Part shown: piece after piece, positions 29,901 through 38,766 of the stretch
How positions within the stretch are numbered: position 1 is the stretch's first letter
Layout of the letters: every line of letters begins with the position of its first letter
Source of the DNA: Vulcanimicrobiota bacterium
Lineage (GTDB): Bacteria; Vulcanimicrobiota; Xenobia; Xenobiales; JADMJV01
Reading direction: 5' to 3'
Length of the DNA stretch: 64,000 bases
NCBI GenBank assembly: GCA_050250895.1
Contig: JBFWNU010000001.1
Coordinates: 3,347,557-3,411,556 of the forward strand
Made by a program: the position numbers and the translations under genes
Notes under the pieces: model-generated
What the model was told of the DNA's origin: nothing
What the model saw: only the letters and a program-made list of their open reading frames with translations
Databases searched by the model: none

Positions 29901-30452
29901 CTAGCCGTGGCCTTGAACACAGGTGGGGCTAACTTTGGCTCGTTCACCTCTTTAGCCTCCGCTGGTCATCCGTTTGAACCGCGGAGTGCGGACGTGAACC
30001 ACGACGGGCACGCCGACCTGATCGTCAAGCATGGGCCCCGCCTGTCGATGACTTACTCGCTCTCACTGTCGGGCATCCCCACGGAACAGCCCCAATACGA
30101 CTATCACGCAGCAGTGGTCGCGTTGGGAGGCTGGAAATGGGTTGGTGGGGGCCTGAGTTGTTGGCTGGGGGACGGGGCCGGGGGGTTGACCGAGGTTGGC
30201 TACCAGGCCTTACCTTCGTGGCTGGGTTCCACGATGGAAATCGGCGATCTAGATGGCGACGGCGAGGTCGACGTGGCCCTCGGCGGGCATCTTCGCTCGG
30301 TGGTCGCGCTCTACAAAGGAGACGGGACAGGCCAGTTCACTCTATCAGGAAGTTGGGTCTTTCCCGGCGACTTGGGGGCCATCGCAGACCTCAACGGCGA
30401 CGGCCGTCTCGACCTTGTGGGCGGCGGCCCGTTCAACCTGTTAGGAAAGTGA
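26943..30452 (+). CDS. Array lipoprotein 4 (TolB-like propeller plus FG-GAP repeats)
   Basis: N-terminus closest to copy 3 at many sites; C-terminal region closest to copy 1. Confidence 0.92.
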   Translation: MQRLLGILLILALAGCGQLETGTSTTPDPVAGLSGDGLIDYVRQGPTGSQVGLSQQAFGGERYVVFHTAEALISTDTNGMEDVYLMDLLLGNLERISLGVGGAQPDGASSWATVSIDGRYVAFESRAENLVATDGNGHQDVFLRDRTKGQTILVSNGGDGDSFDAQISGLGLKLMFTSAATNLVPGDTNGQLDCFLYDLASTSLVRASLDRNGNQIEGSDSTDPAISYTGNQFVFASAGTNLPLYNGFRQIYGVKVKNLKPFLLSYGPGNQPGNGHSSAPSIAAQAKKVVFTSEAADLVADDSNGVADLFVFDLDAAGVTRGSLDSGGNQLNGPSTVGALSGDGTQLAFITEASGAASGDGDAQPDAILKDLTTGQTTLVSRDSSGTKANGPSGGVSVSLSGARAVFGTLATNLQPFDTTNDGDIYVHQPDVGNTILASQAFQSSTGFEGRRTLTIQYQGIPETVDVNNDGRIDLIWVDRDSYGSLGTVQVALGETDGFGTPISTGIIANYVAVGQFGGDANLDLVCLGGRALSLALGDGSGGFATPTAVTTFPYLSFSTFYGLVTADFNGDGHDDILAQRYKQSPTGSPGTDYSQGLIVTGNGAGIFAAPVTVPIEGSVAGLRVGRLDNDNRADLVTLEVVNYDTNLYKVHSRLGTGTTVITDIATLDDVVSFNLGDYNSDGIDDLVIGLYAKGVQLYLGDGAGGFVHQADYVLAEPATVSEPTIADVTGDLVPDLVFDKQYRLEMIPGNGVDLSGTPQVIFPGDLGGPLRVIDADDDGDLDLFAMAVQSDTTSADVMVLPNLGGNFWPYSSSPAWFALVGDFLGNLFLDAVYAVRADYTTPFEGDGKGGLQAGPGSPIPLGGAEQLLRGDFNSDGLLDLIVVSDSYACVVFLASGGGSFTAGQTLPISGSGRAADIDGDGDLDLVLACISGVQVWVGNGDGTFTAGPILAADLVFVSESVHLELVDLNEDGRLDLVLGRRWDRQLAVALNTGGANFGSFTSLASAGHPFEPRSADVNHDGHADLIVKHGPRLSMTYSLSLSGIPTEQPQYDYHAAVVALGGWKWVGGGLSCWLGDGAGGLTEVGYQALPSWLGSTMEIGDLDGDGEVDVALGGHLRSVVALYKGDGTGQFTLSGSWVFPGDLGAIADLNGDGRLDLVGGGPFNLLGK

Positions 30453-30454
30453 CC

Positions 30455-33400
30455 ATGCAGCGACTTCTAGGCATCCTCCTCATCCTCGCTCTGGCCGGCT
30501 GCGGCCAGCTCGAAACGGGCACATCCACGACGCCCGACCCAGTGGCCGGCCTGAGCGGCGACGGCCTCATCGACTATGTGCGCCAGGGCCCTACAGGCAG
30601 TCAGGTGGGCCTGTCCCAACAGGCCTTCGGAGGCGAGCGCTATGTGGTCTTTCACACCGCTGAAGCGCTCATCTCGACCGACACCAACGGAATGGAAGAT
30701 GTCTATCTGATGGACCTGCTGCTGGGCAACCTCGAGCGCGTCAGTCTGGGAGTGGGCGGAGCCCAGCCCGACGGGGCCAGCAACTGGGCCACCGTCAGTA
30801 TCGACGGCCGCTATGTGGCCTTCGAATCGCGCGCCGAGAACCTGGTGGCGGCCGACGGCAACGGCCATCAAGACGTGTTCTTGCGCGACCGCACCAAAGG
30901 CCAGACTATTCTGGTCAGCCAGGGAGGCGACGGCGACAGCTTCGACGCCCAGCTCTCGGGCCTGGGGCTCAAGTTGATGTTCACCTCGGCCGCTACCAAT
31001 CTGGTGGCCGGCGACACCAACGGCCATCTGGACTGCTTTCTCTACGACCTGGCCGCCACCAACCTGGTGCGGGCCAGCCTGGACCGCAACGGCAACCAGA
31101 TCGAGGGCTCCGACTCGACCGACCCGGCCATCAGCTATACGGGCAACCAGTTCGTCTTTGCCTCGGGCGGGACCAACCTGCCCCTCTATAACGGCTTTCG
31201 CCAGATTTACGGAGCCCGCGCCAAGAACCTCAAGCCGTTCTTGCTCAGCTATGGGCCGGGCAACCAGCCTGGCACTGGCCACAGCTCGGCTCCCTCTATC
31301 GCCAGCTTCGCCAAGAAGGTCGTCTTCACGTCGGAGGCGGCCGACCTGGTCGCGGGCGACAGCAACGGCGTGGCCGACCTGTTCGTCTTCAACCTCGACG
31401 CGGCCGGGGTCACCCGGGCTTCTCTCGACTCGAGCGGCAACCAGCTCAACGGCCCCAGCACGGTGGGTGCGCTCAGTGGCGACGGCACCCAGCTGGCCTT
31501 CATCACCGAGGCCAGCGGAGCGGCCAGCGGCGACGGCGACACCCAGCCCGACGCCATCTTGAAAGACCTGACCACCGGCCAGACCACCCTCGTCAGCCGC
31601 GATAGCAGCGGCACCAAGGCCAACGGCGCCTCGGGCGGGGTGAGTGTGAGCCTCTCAGGAGCCAGAGCGGTCTTCGGCACCCTGGCCACGAACCTGCAGC
31701 CGTTCGACACCACCAACGACGGCGACATCTATGTGCACCAGCCCGATGTGGGCAATACCATCCTGGCCAGCCAGGCGTTTCAGCCCTCGACCGGCTTTGC
31801 GGGGCGGCGCAGCCTGTCGATCGAGTATAGCACCATTCCTGAGACGCCCGACCTCAATAAGGATGGCTTCTTGGATATGGTGTGGAGCGACGCTACCGGA
31901 GAAATCCAGGTTGCGCTGGGCCAGTCTGACGGCTTTGCAGAGGCAATCTCTCCTGGCTTTACGGGTTCGGCCCTCGCGGTGGACAAATTCGACGGGGATA
32001 CCTACCCCGATCTAGCCTATCTGAATGGCTCTGAAGTTCGCCTGGCCCTGGGGGACGGGGCCGGTGGGTTTGGGCCATCCCAGGTGGTGGCTACCCTGCC
32101 TTCTGGTTTCGGAGTCTGGGAGGGCCTGAGTCGCCTGGATGCCAATCACGACGGAATTCCCGATCTGGTGACCCAGCAGCGTTTCTCGAACCAGTTCGGA
32201 GCTCTTTTGCTCAAAGGCGATGGTGCCGGAGCGTTTGCCCAGGCGACGTCGGTTACCCTGCCCGGATCGGCGGCAAGTCTACGGACGGCGCGAGTCGACG
32301 GGAACGAGTTTCCGGACTTCGTCAGTCTATCCAGAGATGGAAGTCCGACTACGTTCAAGCTCAATGTCGTGTTGGATGATGGAACCTCCGCCTCAACGGA
32401 TTTAGGGTCGCTTAAGATCTTGAGTTACGGGCTGGGGGACTGGAACGGGGACGGCTTCGACGACCTCGTCATCGGCTTGTATCAGGGCGGGGTGCGTTTG
32501 TATCTCGGGGACGGGTCGGGGACCTTTTCTCTGGCCGATGAGATCGTAACGACAGCAAGCGCCACCGAGCCTATCCTGGCCGATGTCACCGGGGATTTGG
32601 TAACCGATCTGGTGGTGGATCTTCAGGACCGCCTGGTGCTGCTTCGCGGCAATGGTGTCGACCTCGGCATTCCACCCGAGACAGTCTTCCCCGGGTCTCT
32701 TCAAGGTCCGCTGCGCTTGGTCGACGCTAACGGCGATGACAGGCCGGACCTTTTCGCTGTGGCCACCTTGGACCTGACCAGGAAGGGCGAAGCTATGGTG
32801 CTGCTCGGCACCGGAGACGGCTCCTTCTGGGCCTCGTCCCGCTCGGCCGGTATCGTCGGGCTTGGTGACTTTCTTGGGGACCTGCTGTTAGATGTGGCGG
32901 TGGCGCAGTCGACTCCGTTCGTTACCCTCGTTCCGGGCGCGAACCCAGGCGTTGCGGGCTTTCAGCCAGGCATCGTGCCTGAGAACGCCCTCTACGAAGA
33001 TTTCAATGGTGACGGCAAGCTCGATATTTTGCTACAGCGCTCCGATAGCGTGGGAGAACTCTGGCTCGGGGCCAACTTTGCCACCAACTTCGCGGCGCCG
33101 GTGGGCCCTGGAAAGGCGGCCGACCTCGACCTCGATGGTGACCTCGATCTGGTAACCTACGATGAAAGTGGTCTAAAGACTTACCGTAACGATGGACACG
33201 GCGGCTATACCCTGAGCGGCACTCTGCCCCTGAGCGGAAACCGCAAGTTCATCGAACTAGCCGATCTCAATCAGGACGGGTTGCCCGATCTGGTGATCTC
33301 AAGAACGTGGGAACGCGAGATCGACGTTGCCCTCAATCAGGGCGGAAGCTTCACCGTCTCGCACATCCTGTCGGCGCCGTCCCCTCCCGCTTCGCCGGTC

Positions 33401-33865
33401 GGCCCGGTGAAGGTGACCGATTTCAACCAGGACGGCAAGCCAGACCTGTTGGTGTCCATGGTGGGGCCCTACCACGCGTTCGGACTCTACGCCCTCGACG
33501 CTGTGGACGAGGATTTTCGCTCTCCGACCGGGACAGCGGCGCTTGACAGGGTTGGCATCACTGGCCTCGACTACTGGGGAGGGACCGGCACCGGCAACTT
33601 TTTCTATGGGACCCATTTTGACCTGAAGCATTCACCGGATACTTGCTTTGAAGTGGCAGACATCACCGGAGATGGAAAGTTGGACCTGTTGGTCGGACGG
33701 TCGTCCTACTCGGTGGTGTCGCTCTATACGCGTGCTTTGGGTGGAAGCTTCGAACACGTCGCCAATTGGATTTCACCCGGCGGACTCGGAGCGGTCGGAG
33801 ATACCAATGGAGATGGACGATTCGACCTGGTCGGCGGCAATGGCTCCGTTCTGCTGGGGCGATAG
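30455..33865 (+). CDS. Array lipoprotein 5 (TolB-like propeller plus FG-GAP repeats)
   Basis: True start is ATG 30455 (MQRLLGILLILALAGC); the ORF-track extension to 30137 overlaps copy 4 and is rejected. Confidence 0.92.
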   Translation: MQRLLGILLILALAGCGQLETGTSTTPDPVAGLSGDGLIDYVRQGPTGSQVGLSQQAFGGERYVVFHTAEALISTDTNGMEDVYLMDLLLGNLERVSLGVGGAQPDGASNWATVSIDGRYVAFESRAENLVAADGNGHQDVFLRDRTKGQTILVSQGGDGDSFDAQLSGLGLKLMFTSAATNLVAGDTNGHLDCFLYDLAATNLVRASLDRNGNQIEGSDSTDPAISYTGNQFVFASGGTNLPLYNGFRQIYGARAKNLKPFLLSYGPGNQPGTGHSSAPSIASFAKKVVFTSEAADLVAGDSNGVADLFVFNLDAAGVTRASLDSSGNQLNGPSTVGALSGDGTQLAFITEASGAASGDGDTQPDAILKDLTTGQTTLVSRDSSGTKANGASGGVSVSLSGARAVFGTLATNLQPFDTTNDGDIYVHQPDVGNTILASQAFQPSTGFAGRRSLSIEYSTIPETPDLNKDGFLDMVWSDATGEIQVALGQSDGFAEAISPGFTGSALAVDKFDGDTYPDLAYLNGSEVRLALGDGAGGFGPSQVVATLPSGFGVWEGLSRLDANHDGIPDLVTQQRFSNQFGALLLKGDGAGAFAQATSVTLPGSAASLRTARVDGNEFPDFVSLSRDGSPTTFKLNVVLDDGTSASTDLGSLKILSYGLGDWNGDGFDDLVIGLYQGGVRLYLGDGSGTFSLADEIVTTASATEPILADVTGDLVTDLVVDLQDRLVLLRGNGVDLGIPPETVFPGSLQGPLRLVDANGDDRPDLFAVATLDLTRKGEAMVLLGTGDGSFWASSRSAGIVGLGDFLGDLLLDVAVAQSTPFVTLVPGANPGVAGFQPGIVPENALYEDFNGDGKLDILLQRSDSVGELWLGANFATNFAAPVGPGKAADLDLDGDLDLVTYDESGLKTYRNDGHGGYTLSGTLPLSGNRKFIELADLNQDGLPDLVISRTWEREIDVALNQGGSFTVSHILSAPSPPASPVGPVKVTDFNQDGKPDLLVSMVGPYHAFGLYALDAVDEDFRSPTGTAALDRVGITGLDYWGGTGTGNFFYGTHFDLKHSPDTCFEVADITGDGKLDLLVGRSSYSVVSLYTRALGGSFEHVANWISPGGLGAVGDTNGDGRFDLVGGNGSVLLGR

Positions 33866-33902
33866 GCCAGGGTTTTCAACTTTCGCGGAGTAATTGGACT
33901 GT

Positions 33903-36485
33903 ATGCGCCTTGTAGCCAGGGTGTCTGCTTTAATAGCGTATCTGCTGCTCGCGGCCTGCACGAATAGCCCGCTCGGCTTTGGGTCTGCTCCCGAAATGGG
34001 CACCGTCAACCTGGCCCCCGATCTGGTCCGCGACGGGCCCACGGGCACCCAGGTCGGTCTCTCTCAGCAAGCGGTCGGAGGCGAGCGCTACGTGGTCTTC
34101 CACACCGCCGACGCCCTGGTCGCCGAAGACACCAATGGGGTCGACGATGTCTATCTCAGAGACCTCGAGACCGGTCAGCTCGAGTTCATCAGTCGCACCC
34201 CGGGAGGAGCGGCCGGCAACGCGGCCAGCGCCTGGGCCACCGTCAGCATCGACGGGCGGATGGTGGCCTTCGAGTCGCGGGCCAGCGACCTGGTGACCGG
34301 CGACACCAACGGTTATCAAGACATCTTCGTGCGCGATCGCCAGGCCGGCACCACCACCCTCATCAGCCATCCAACCACTGGCGAGTCCGACGGCGACAGC
34401 CTCGACGCCCAGGTGGCCGGGCTCGGTTTGGCGGTGGTCTTCGCCTCGGGGGCCACCAACCTGGTGTCCGGCGACAGCAACGGCCACATCGATTGCTTTC
34501 ACTACAACCTGGGCACGGGTGCCCTGCAGCGCATCAGCCTCGACCGTGACGGCAACGAAGTGGTGGGCTCGGATTGCCTCGACCCGTCCATCTCTTACAC
34601 CGGCAACCAGGCTGTCTACACGTCGGCCGGCACCAACCTGCCGGGCTATAACGGCTATCGTCAAGTCTATGGCCTGCGCCTCAAGAACAGCAAGCCGTTC
34701 TTGCTGAGCTATCGCCCGGATCGCCAAGCCGGTTCCGGAGATTGCGCCTCTCCCACCATCTCGGCCTATGCCAAGCGGGTGGTGTTCACCTCGACGGCCG
34801 AAGACATCAGCCCCTCTGACGCCAACGGCAAGGCCGACATTTTTCTCTTCAACCTCGAGGTTTCTACCGGGCCCGCCCTGGTCTCGCTCAACGGGGACGG
34901 GCAACAACTCGATGATGATTGCACGGTCTCGGCGCTCAGCGGCGATGGCACCCGGGTCGCCTTCATCACCAGCGCCACCAACGTGGTCGCCGCCGACAGC
35001 GACAGCCAGCCCGACGCTTACCTGCGCGACCTCGACAGCGGCGAGGTCTGGCTGATGAGCCAGAATGTCGACGGCGAAAAGGCCAACGGTCCCAGTGGCG
35101 GGCTCAGCCTTTCGCTCTCGGGCGAGGGAGTGGCCTTCGGCAGCACCGCCACCAACCTGGCCGAGAGCTACCTTGTGCCGGGGGTCTACTGGCGCAAGCT
35201 CGGCTCGACCCTGGTGCTCAGCTCGGATGCCCCCTTTGTTTCCGAGCTGACCCTATCTCCTGAAGAGGCCAATCTGACCGTAAGCGCCACCCAACAGTTC
35301 ACCGCCCTGGCCGACGGGGTCGATGTCTCGGCCGACTGCAAGTGGACGTCGAGTGACGAGGCCATCGCGACCGTCTCCGCGGAGGGCCTGGTGACCGGCG
35401 TCAGTGGCGGCGAGGTCACCATCCGGGCCATCTACGGAGGGCATCTGGTCGAGGAGTCCCTGCGAATTCGGCCGATGCTGGTGCTGACGCCATCGAACTA
35501 CCTCTTCAATATCGATATCAACGGTCAGGTCACCGAGCTAGCCACCACCAGCACCGGCGGCTGGACCTCGGTCCTGGACCCGGCCGGTCGCTACCTGTAC
35601 GTGCGCACCACGAATGCCCTCGAAACCTGGGAACTCGGCCTCGACGTCAGCCTGACGCGAGTGCACACGCTACCGTTGGAGACGGCTAAACGCATGCGAA
35701 TGATCGTGGACCCCCTGAATCGCTTTCTGTTCGTGTACGAACCCGAGCTTGACCGTTTAGACAGTTATCGCCTCGGTCCGACCGGCGAACTTGAGCTGAT
35801 TCAATCAATCTCGGTCTTTGTGTTTAACCCGCCTTCGAATCGTCCCCACAAGATGGTGTGTTCGCCCGATGGCCACTACTTATATTTTGTGCACCCGTAT
35901 TACTCGGCTCTTAACCCGTTTCGAATCGAGAGCGACGGCCGCCTGACGGTCCTGGCCGCGGAGATCGATGACAGTGTTCAGCTTTTACTCGTCGACAAGA
36001 CCAGAAATCTTCTCTACACTTTAGACTATTCGCTGCCGCCGAAGCTGAATTGGTATCGCATCGGGTCCGACGGCTACCCGCTTCTGCAAGGCTCGATGGC
36101 TTTGGATGTCTCTTGGGGACGGACCTTCGACACGCCAGACATCGCTCTTGCGCCTGACGGCAGTTATCTGTTTCTTCTTTACGCGCTTAGAGACACCGCT
36201 GGTGAGCCCTCGCTCTATGACGGGACACTCCACGCGCTGCGACTCGACACCGATGGTACTCCGACCCATCTCGAGCCGGCCCTGCGAGGGTCGACGGCCG
36301 GAGATTGGTTGTGTGTGACCAGTGATAGCAAGAAAGTCGTCTTCTCGGAAGACTACTACCAATACTTCCAACCTCCCAACATCGGCCGCAATCAAAAGAT
36401 TTCATTCGTGTCGGTCGACGAGGACGGTGGACTCTCCGTGTCGCAAGAGTTCGTCCGCTCCGGCCGGCTTCTGCCCACACCCTAA
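33903..36485 (+). CDS. Lipoprotein: diverged copy of the array TolB-like propeller, Ig-like group 2 (Big_2) domain and lactonase-type beta-propeller
   Basis: Lipobox LLAAC; GPTGTQVGLSQQAVGGERYVVFHT shared with the array; Big_2 signature QFTA..G.DVS..CKWTSSDEAIATVSAEGLVTGV; DP.GRYLYV and SPDGHYLYF repeats. Confidence 0.88.
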   Translation: MRLVARVSALIAYLLLAACTNSPLGFGSAPEMGTVNLAPDLVRDGPTGTQVGLSQQAVGGERYVVFHTADALVAEDTNGVDDVYLRDLETGQLEFISRTPGGAAGNAASAWATVSIDGRMVAFESRASDLVTGDTNGYQDIFVRDRQAGTTTLISHPTTGESDGDSLDAQVAGLGLAVVFASGATNLVSGDSNGHIDCFHYNLGTGALQRISLDRDGNEVVGSDCLDPSISYTGNQAVYTSAGTNLPGYNGYRQVYGLRLKNSKPFLLSYRPDRQAGSGDCASPTISAYAKRVVFTSTAEDISPSDANGKADIFLFNLEVSTGPALVSLNGDGQQLDDDCTVSALSGDGTRVAFITSATNVVAADSDSQPDAYLRDLDSGEVWLMSQNVDGEKANGPSGGLSLSLSGEGVAFGSTATNLAESYLVPGVYWRKLGSTLVLSSDAPFVSELTLSPEEANLTVSATQQFTALADGVDVSADCKWTSSDEAIATVSAEGLVTGVSGGEVTIRAIYGGHLVEESLRIRPMLVLTPSNYLFNIDINGQVTELATTSTGGWTSVLDPAGRYLYVRTTNALETWELGLDVSLTRVHTLPLETAKRMRMIVDPLNRFLFVYEPELDRLDSYRLGPTGELELIQSISVFVFNPPSNRPHKMVCSPDGHYLYFVHPYYSALNPFRIESDGRLTVLAAEIDDSVQLLLVDKTRNLLYTLDYSLPPKLNWYRIGSDGYPLLQGSMALDVSWGRTFDTPDIALAPDGSYLFLLYALRDTAGEPSLYDGTLHALRLDTDGTPTHLEPALRGSTAGDWLCVTSDSKKVVFSEDYYQYFQPPNIGRNQKISFVSVDEDGGLSVSQEFVRSGRLLPTP

Positions 36486-36778
36486 AGCTGGAGCAGGCCG
36501 GCCCGGGTCAGCAGCTTCAGCACGCGTTGGACCTGGCTGGACTCTTTGAGGACCACCAGGCGCTTGCCCGAGGCTCGCAGTTCAGCCGACAGTTCGCCCA
36601 GCAGGTGGGCTCCGGCCGAGTCGATGAAGTCGACCTCTTCGAGGTCGAGGCCGACCGCCTGTTCGCGGTGGGCCAGGCGTTCGACCTCGCGGCGCAGGTA
36701 CTCGCGGCTGGCGCGGTCGAGTTCGCCCCGGGCCTGAACCACAGGCAGGCCGTGGATGGTGGATTGCTTGACTAGCAA
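36482..36778 (-). CDS. STAS-domain anti-sigma-factor antagonist
   Basis: GELDRAS, LDLEEVDFIDSAG (phospho-Ser motif), QVQRVLKL. Confidence 0.9.
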   Translation of the reverse strand: MLVKQSTIHGLPVVQARGELDRASREYLRREVERLAHREQAVGLDLEEVDFIDSAGAHLLGELSAELRASGKRLVVLKESSQVQRVLKLLTRAGLLQL

Positions 36779-36855
36779 AATGACAACTCCCTTCCCAGCC
36801 TTCTAACCGGCCAGAGCCGGAAAGGATTCCCGTGGCAGAGCGAAAACCATAATTG

Positions 36856-37188
36856 ATGACAGCATTCGACCGCGACAGGGCTCTCAAGACCTTCGGAAGT
36901 ACCGAGGTGCTGCGCGAGGCCGGGCGGGTCTATCTGGAAGAGGCGGCCGGTATGTTCGAGCGCATCCGAAAAGCCGCCGAAGCTCGCGATTTTGGCGAGC
37001 TGCGCGAGAGCGCCCACTGGATCAAAGGCGGCATGACCTATCTGCACGCCGCTGCGGCCGCCGACCTCGCCCGCTCTATCGAAGAGTTGGCCAAAGCCGA
37101 GCAGGTCGAGGGGCTCGACCAGGCGGTAGCGCGGCTGGGCGACGAGATGAAGGCCCTGGAAGAAGAGCTGCGAGCCGAGGGTTGGTAG
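36856..37188 (+). CDS. Stand-alone Hpt (histidine phosphotransfer) protein
   Basis: FDRDRAL..FG....LRE....YLEE and AHWIKGG (Hpt His motif). Confidence 0.88.
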   Translation: MTAFDRDRALKTFGSTEVLREAGRVYLEEAAGMFERIRKAAEARDFGELRESAHWIKGGMTYLHAAAAADLARSIEELAKAEQVEGLDQAVARLGDEMKALEEELRAEGW

Positions 37189-37302
37189 CTACGGGCGTTC
37201 GTCCCCAGGCGGTCCAGCTAGCGCAGTAAACTTTTAACGAATGTCAGCGGGCTGTAAGTAGCCCGTTGGCTGACTGACACCCGCCTGCCCTAGACTGTCG
37301 GC

Positions 37303-38709
37303 ATGATGATCGGAAAGCCACTCACCCGCGCGACCTCTCGCCCGACCGTTCGAAGCCACCAAGCCGAGAACCTCGGGACCATTCAGGAGATGGTCGAGAT
37401 TCGGCGGCAGGAACCGGGACTGCAAATGGCCGCCTGGGTCGAACTCGCCCAACGCAGGCTCGACCAAACCGAGGCAGCCCTGCAAGGGATGAAGACGATT
37501 CCGGGGCTCTGTCTGCGCCAGCAATGGGCTCTCCAGAGGCTCGAGCGGCGGGCCGCCAGAGCGGAGTGTCAAACCGATCGCCTGGCCGCAATTCGAGGCG
37601 GTATCACGGTGCTGGCCAGCTTGCCGACCGATGAGCTACACTCAGCGGCGGTCGGCAAAGCGGCCTACCGGTTGGTGGCCCGCTCGAACGAGGAGGCGCC
37701 CACGGTTCGTCGCACCGTTCTCGAGTCTGGCATCGACACGCTCTACGATGTGGTAGGCATTGGCACCAACCCTCACGTCAAAACCGAACTGCCTCTGCAG
37801 GGCTCGCCCGACGACCCCCTCTTCATGACCGATCTTTTGAGCCTGGACCCCGACTTCCGGGGCCTTCCCCAGCAGGCAAGGCGGAACCCCCCGGGGTTGC
37901 CCCAACCGCTGAAGCCCTCGGGGCAGCCCATCACCCCTCGGATGAGAGCCCTGATGAGCACCCGCCAGGAGGCCATCATAGCCCTCGAGCGAGCCAATCG
38001 CAGGGATGAACTGGCCTCGCGGCCGGACCTGATCCAGGACCGAAACTACGTCATCCAGGGGCTTAGAGAATTCGATGACGCGACCCTTCTCGAAGTCCTC
38101 GGTCGAGCCCCCCGGGTGCAGGCGGGCACAGCTAGCCTGAGTGGCCCTGACCGAGTCGGGAGGTGGTTGGCGTGGGGCGTCTCCGCGACGGCCTGGGCGC
38201 TGGTCCCCGCCCTCGGTCTGGCCCTGGGCCAGGTGGTGGGTCAAACGACGAACCTTGCCTCGATTCCTGACGGGCTAGAAATAGCCGGCTTTCTCGGGGG
38301 GTTCCTGGGCACTGTACCGGGAGTCCTGCTAAGCCACGTTGCCGGAATCTGTTGGCGCGAGCAAGTCGAATACGCGCAGTCCCAGGGTGCAAAGGTGATG
38401 CGCGGAGAGCCCCTGATCATTTCGGCCCTGGAGGCCTCAGCCGATCTACCACCTGTGCAACAATCAGGGCTGCAATTCTCCAGGCAAGAGATTCTTCAGG
38501 CGGCGGCCGCCGAACTGGCAAAGAGCCAGACCGCCGACGAGATTCGGGAGCGCTCGACGCACCTGCGACTGCTCGAAAGGGCGCCCGGCGCCAATGCCGC
38601 GGAAATCCACGACTGGTTGCTGACGAACAAATTCGGGCAGTCGGCTTCCCTACTGCGAGCCGCGGTCGACGCCATGCTTGCCGACCAAAGCCCGGAATCC
38701 AAGCCCTGA
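37303..38709 (+). CDS. Hypothetical membrane protein
   Basis: 468-aa ORF with two hydrophobic segments (WLAWGVSATAWALVPALGLALG; IAGFLGGFLGTVPGVLL); no family recognised. Confidence 0.65.
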   Translation: MMIGKPLTRATSRPTVRSHQAENLGTIQEMVEIRRQEPGLQMAAWVELAQRRLDQTEAALQGMKTIPGLCLRQQWALQRLERRAARAECQTDRLAAIRGGITVLASLPTDELHSAAVGKAAYRLVARSNEEAPTVRRTVLESGIDTLYDVVGIGTNPHVKTELPLQGSPDDPLFMTDLLSLDPDFRGLPQQARRNPPGLPQPLKPSGQPITPRMRALMSTRQEAIIALERANRRDELASRPDLIQDRNYVIQGLREFDDATLLEVLGRAPRVQAGTASLSGPDRVGRWLAWGVSATAWALVPALGLALGQVVGQTTNLASIPDGLEIAGFLGGFLGTVPGVLLSHVAGICWREQVEYAQSQGAKVMRGEPLIISALEASADLPPVQQSGLQFSRQEILQAAAAELAKSQTADEIRERSTHLRLLERAPGANAAEIHDWLLTNKFGQSASLLRAAVDAMLADQSPESKP

Positions 38710-38766
38710 CCCGGCAGGGCGGGCTTCGAGGTTTTTCTGACGGACGGCGCTGCGAGTCCGAGGATG

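Larger units (their letters stand above)
16383..31798 (+). repeat. Five ~1.3-kb near-identical direct repeats with ~3.5-kb period (approx. 16383-17693, 19907-21214, 23440-24750, 26979-28286, 30491-31798)
   Basis: Long stretches of nucleotide identity from the LAGC codons to SQAFQ.(S/A)TGF, then abrupt divergence. Confidence 0.93.

Noticed and set aside
16338-33865. Diversity-generating retroelement or shufflon as the cause of array variation
   Set aside because: No reverse transcriptase or recombinase in the window, all copies are full length and co-oriented, and differences are not adenine-specific or confined to a short variable region.
16344-34907. Recurrent antisense ORFs (159 aa, about 270-360 aa) in each array copy
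   Set aside because: They recur only because the sense-strand DNA is duplicated; no independent start signals or motifs.
37242-37270. Hairpin GTCAGCGGGCT-N6-AGCCCGTTGGC as a riboswitch or ncRNA
   Set aside because: Single modest stem with no recognisable aptamer motif and no U-tract; insufficient support.
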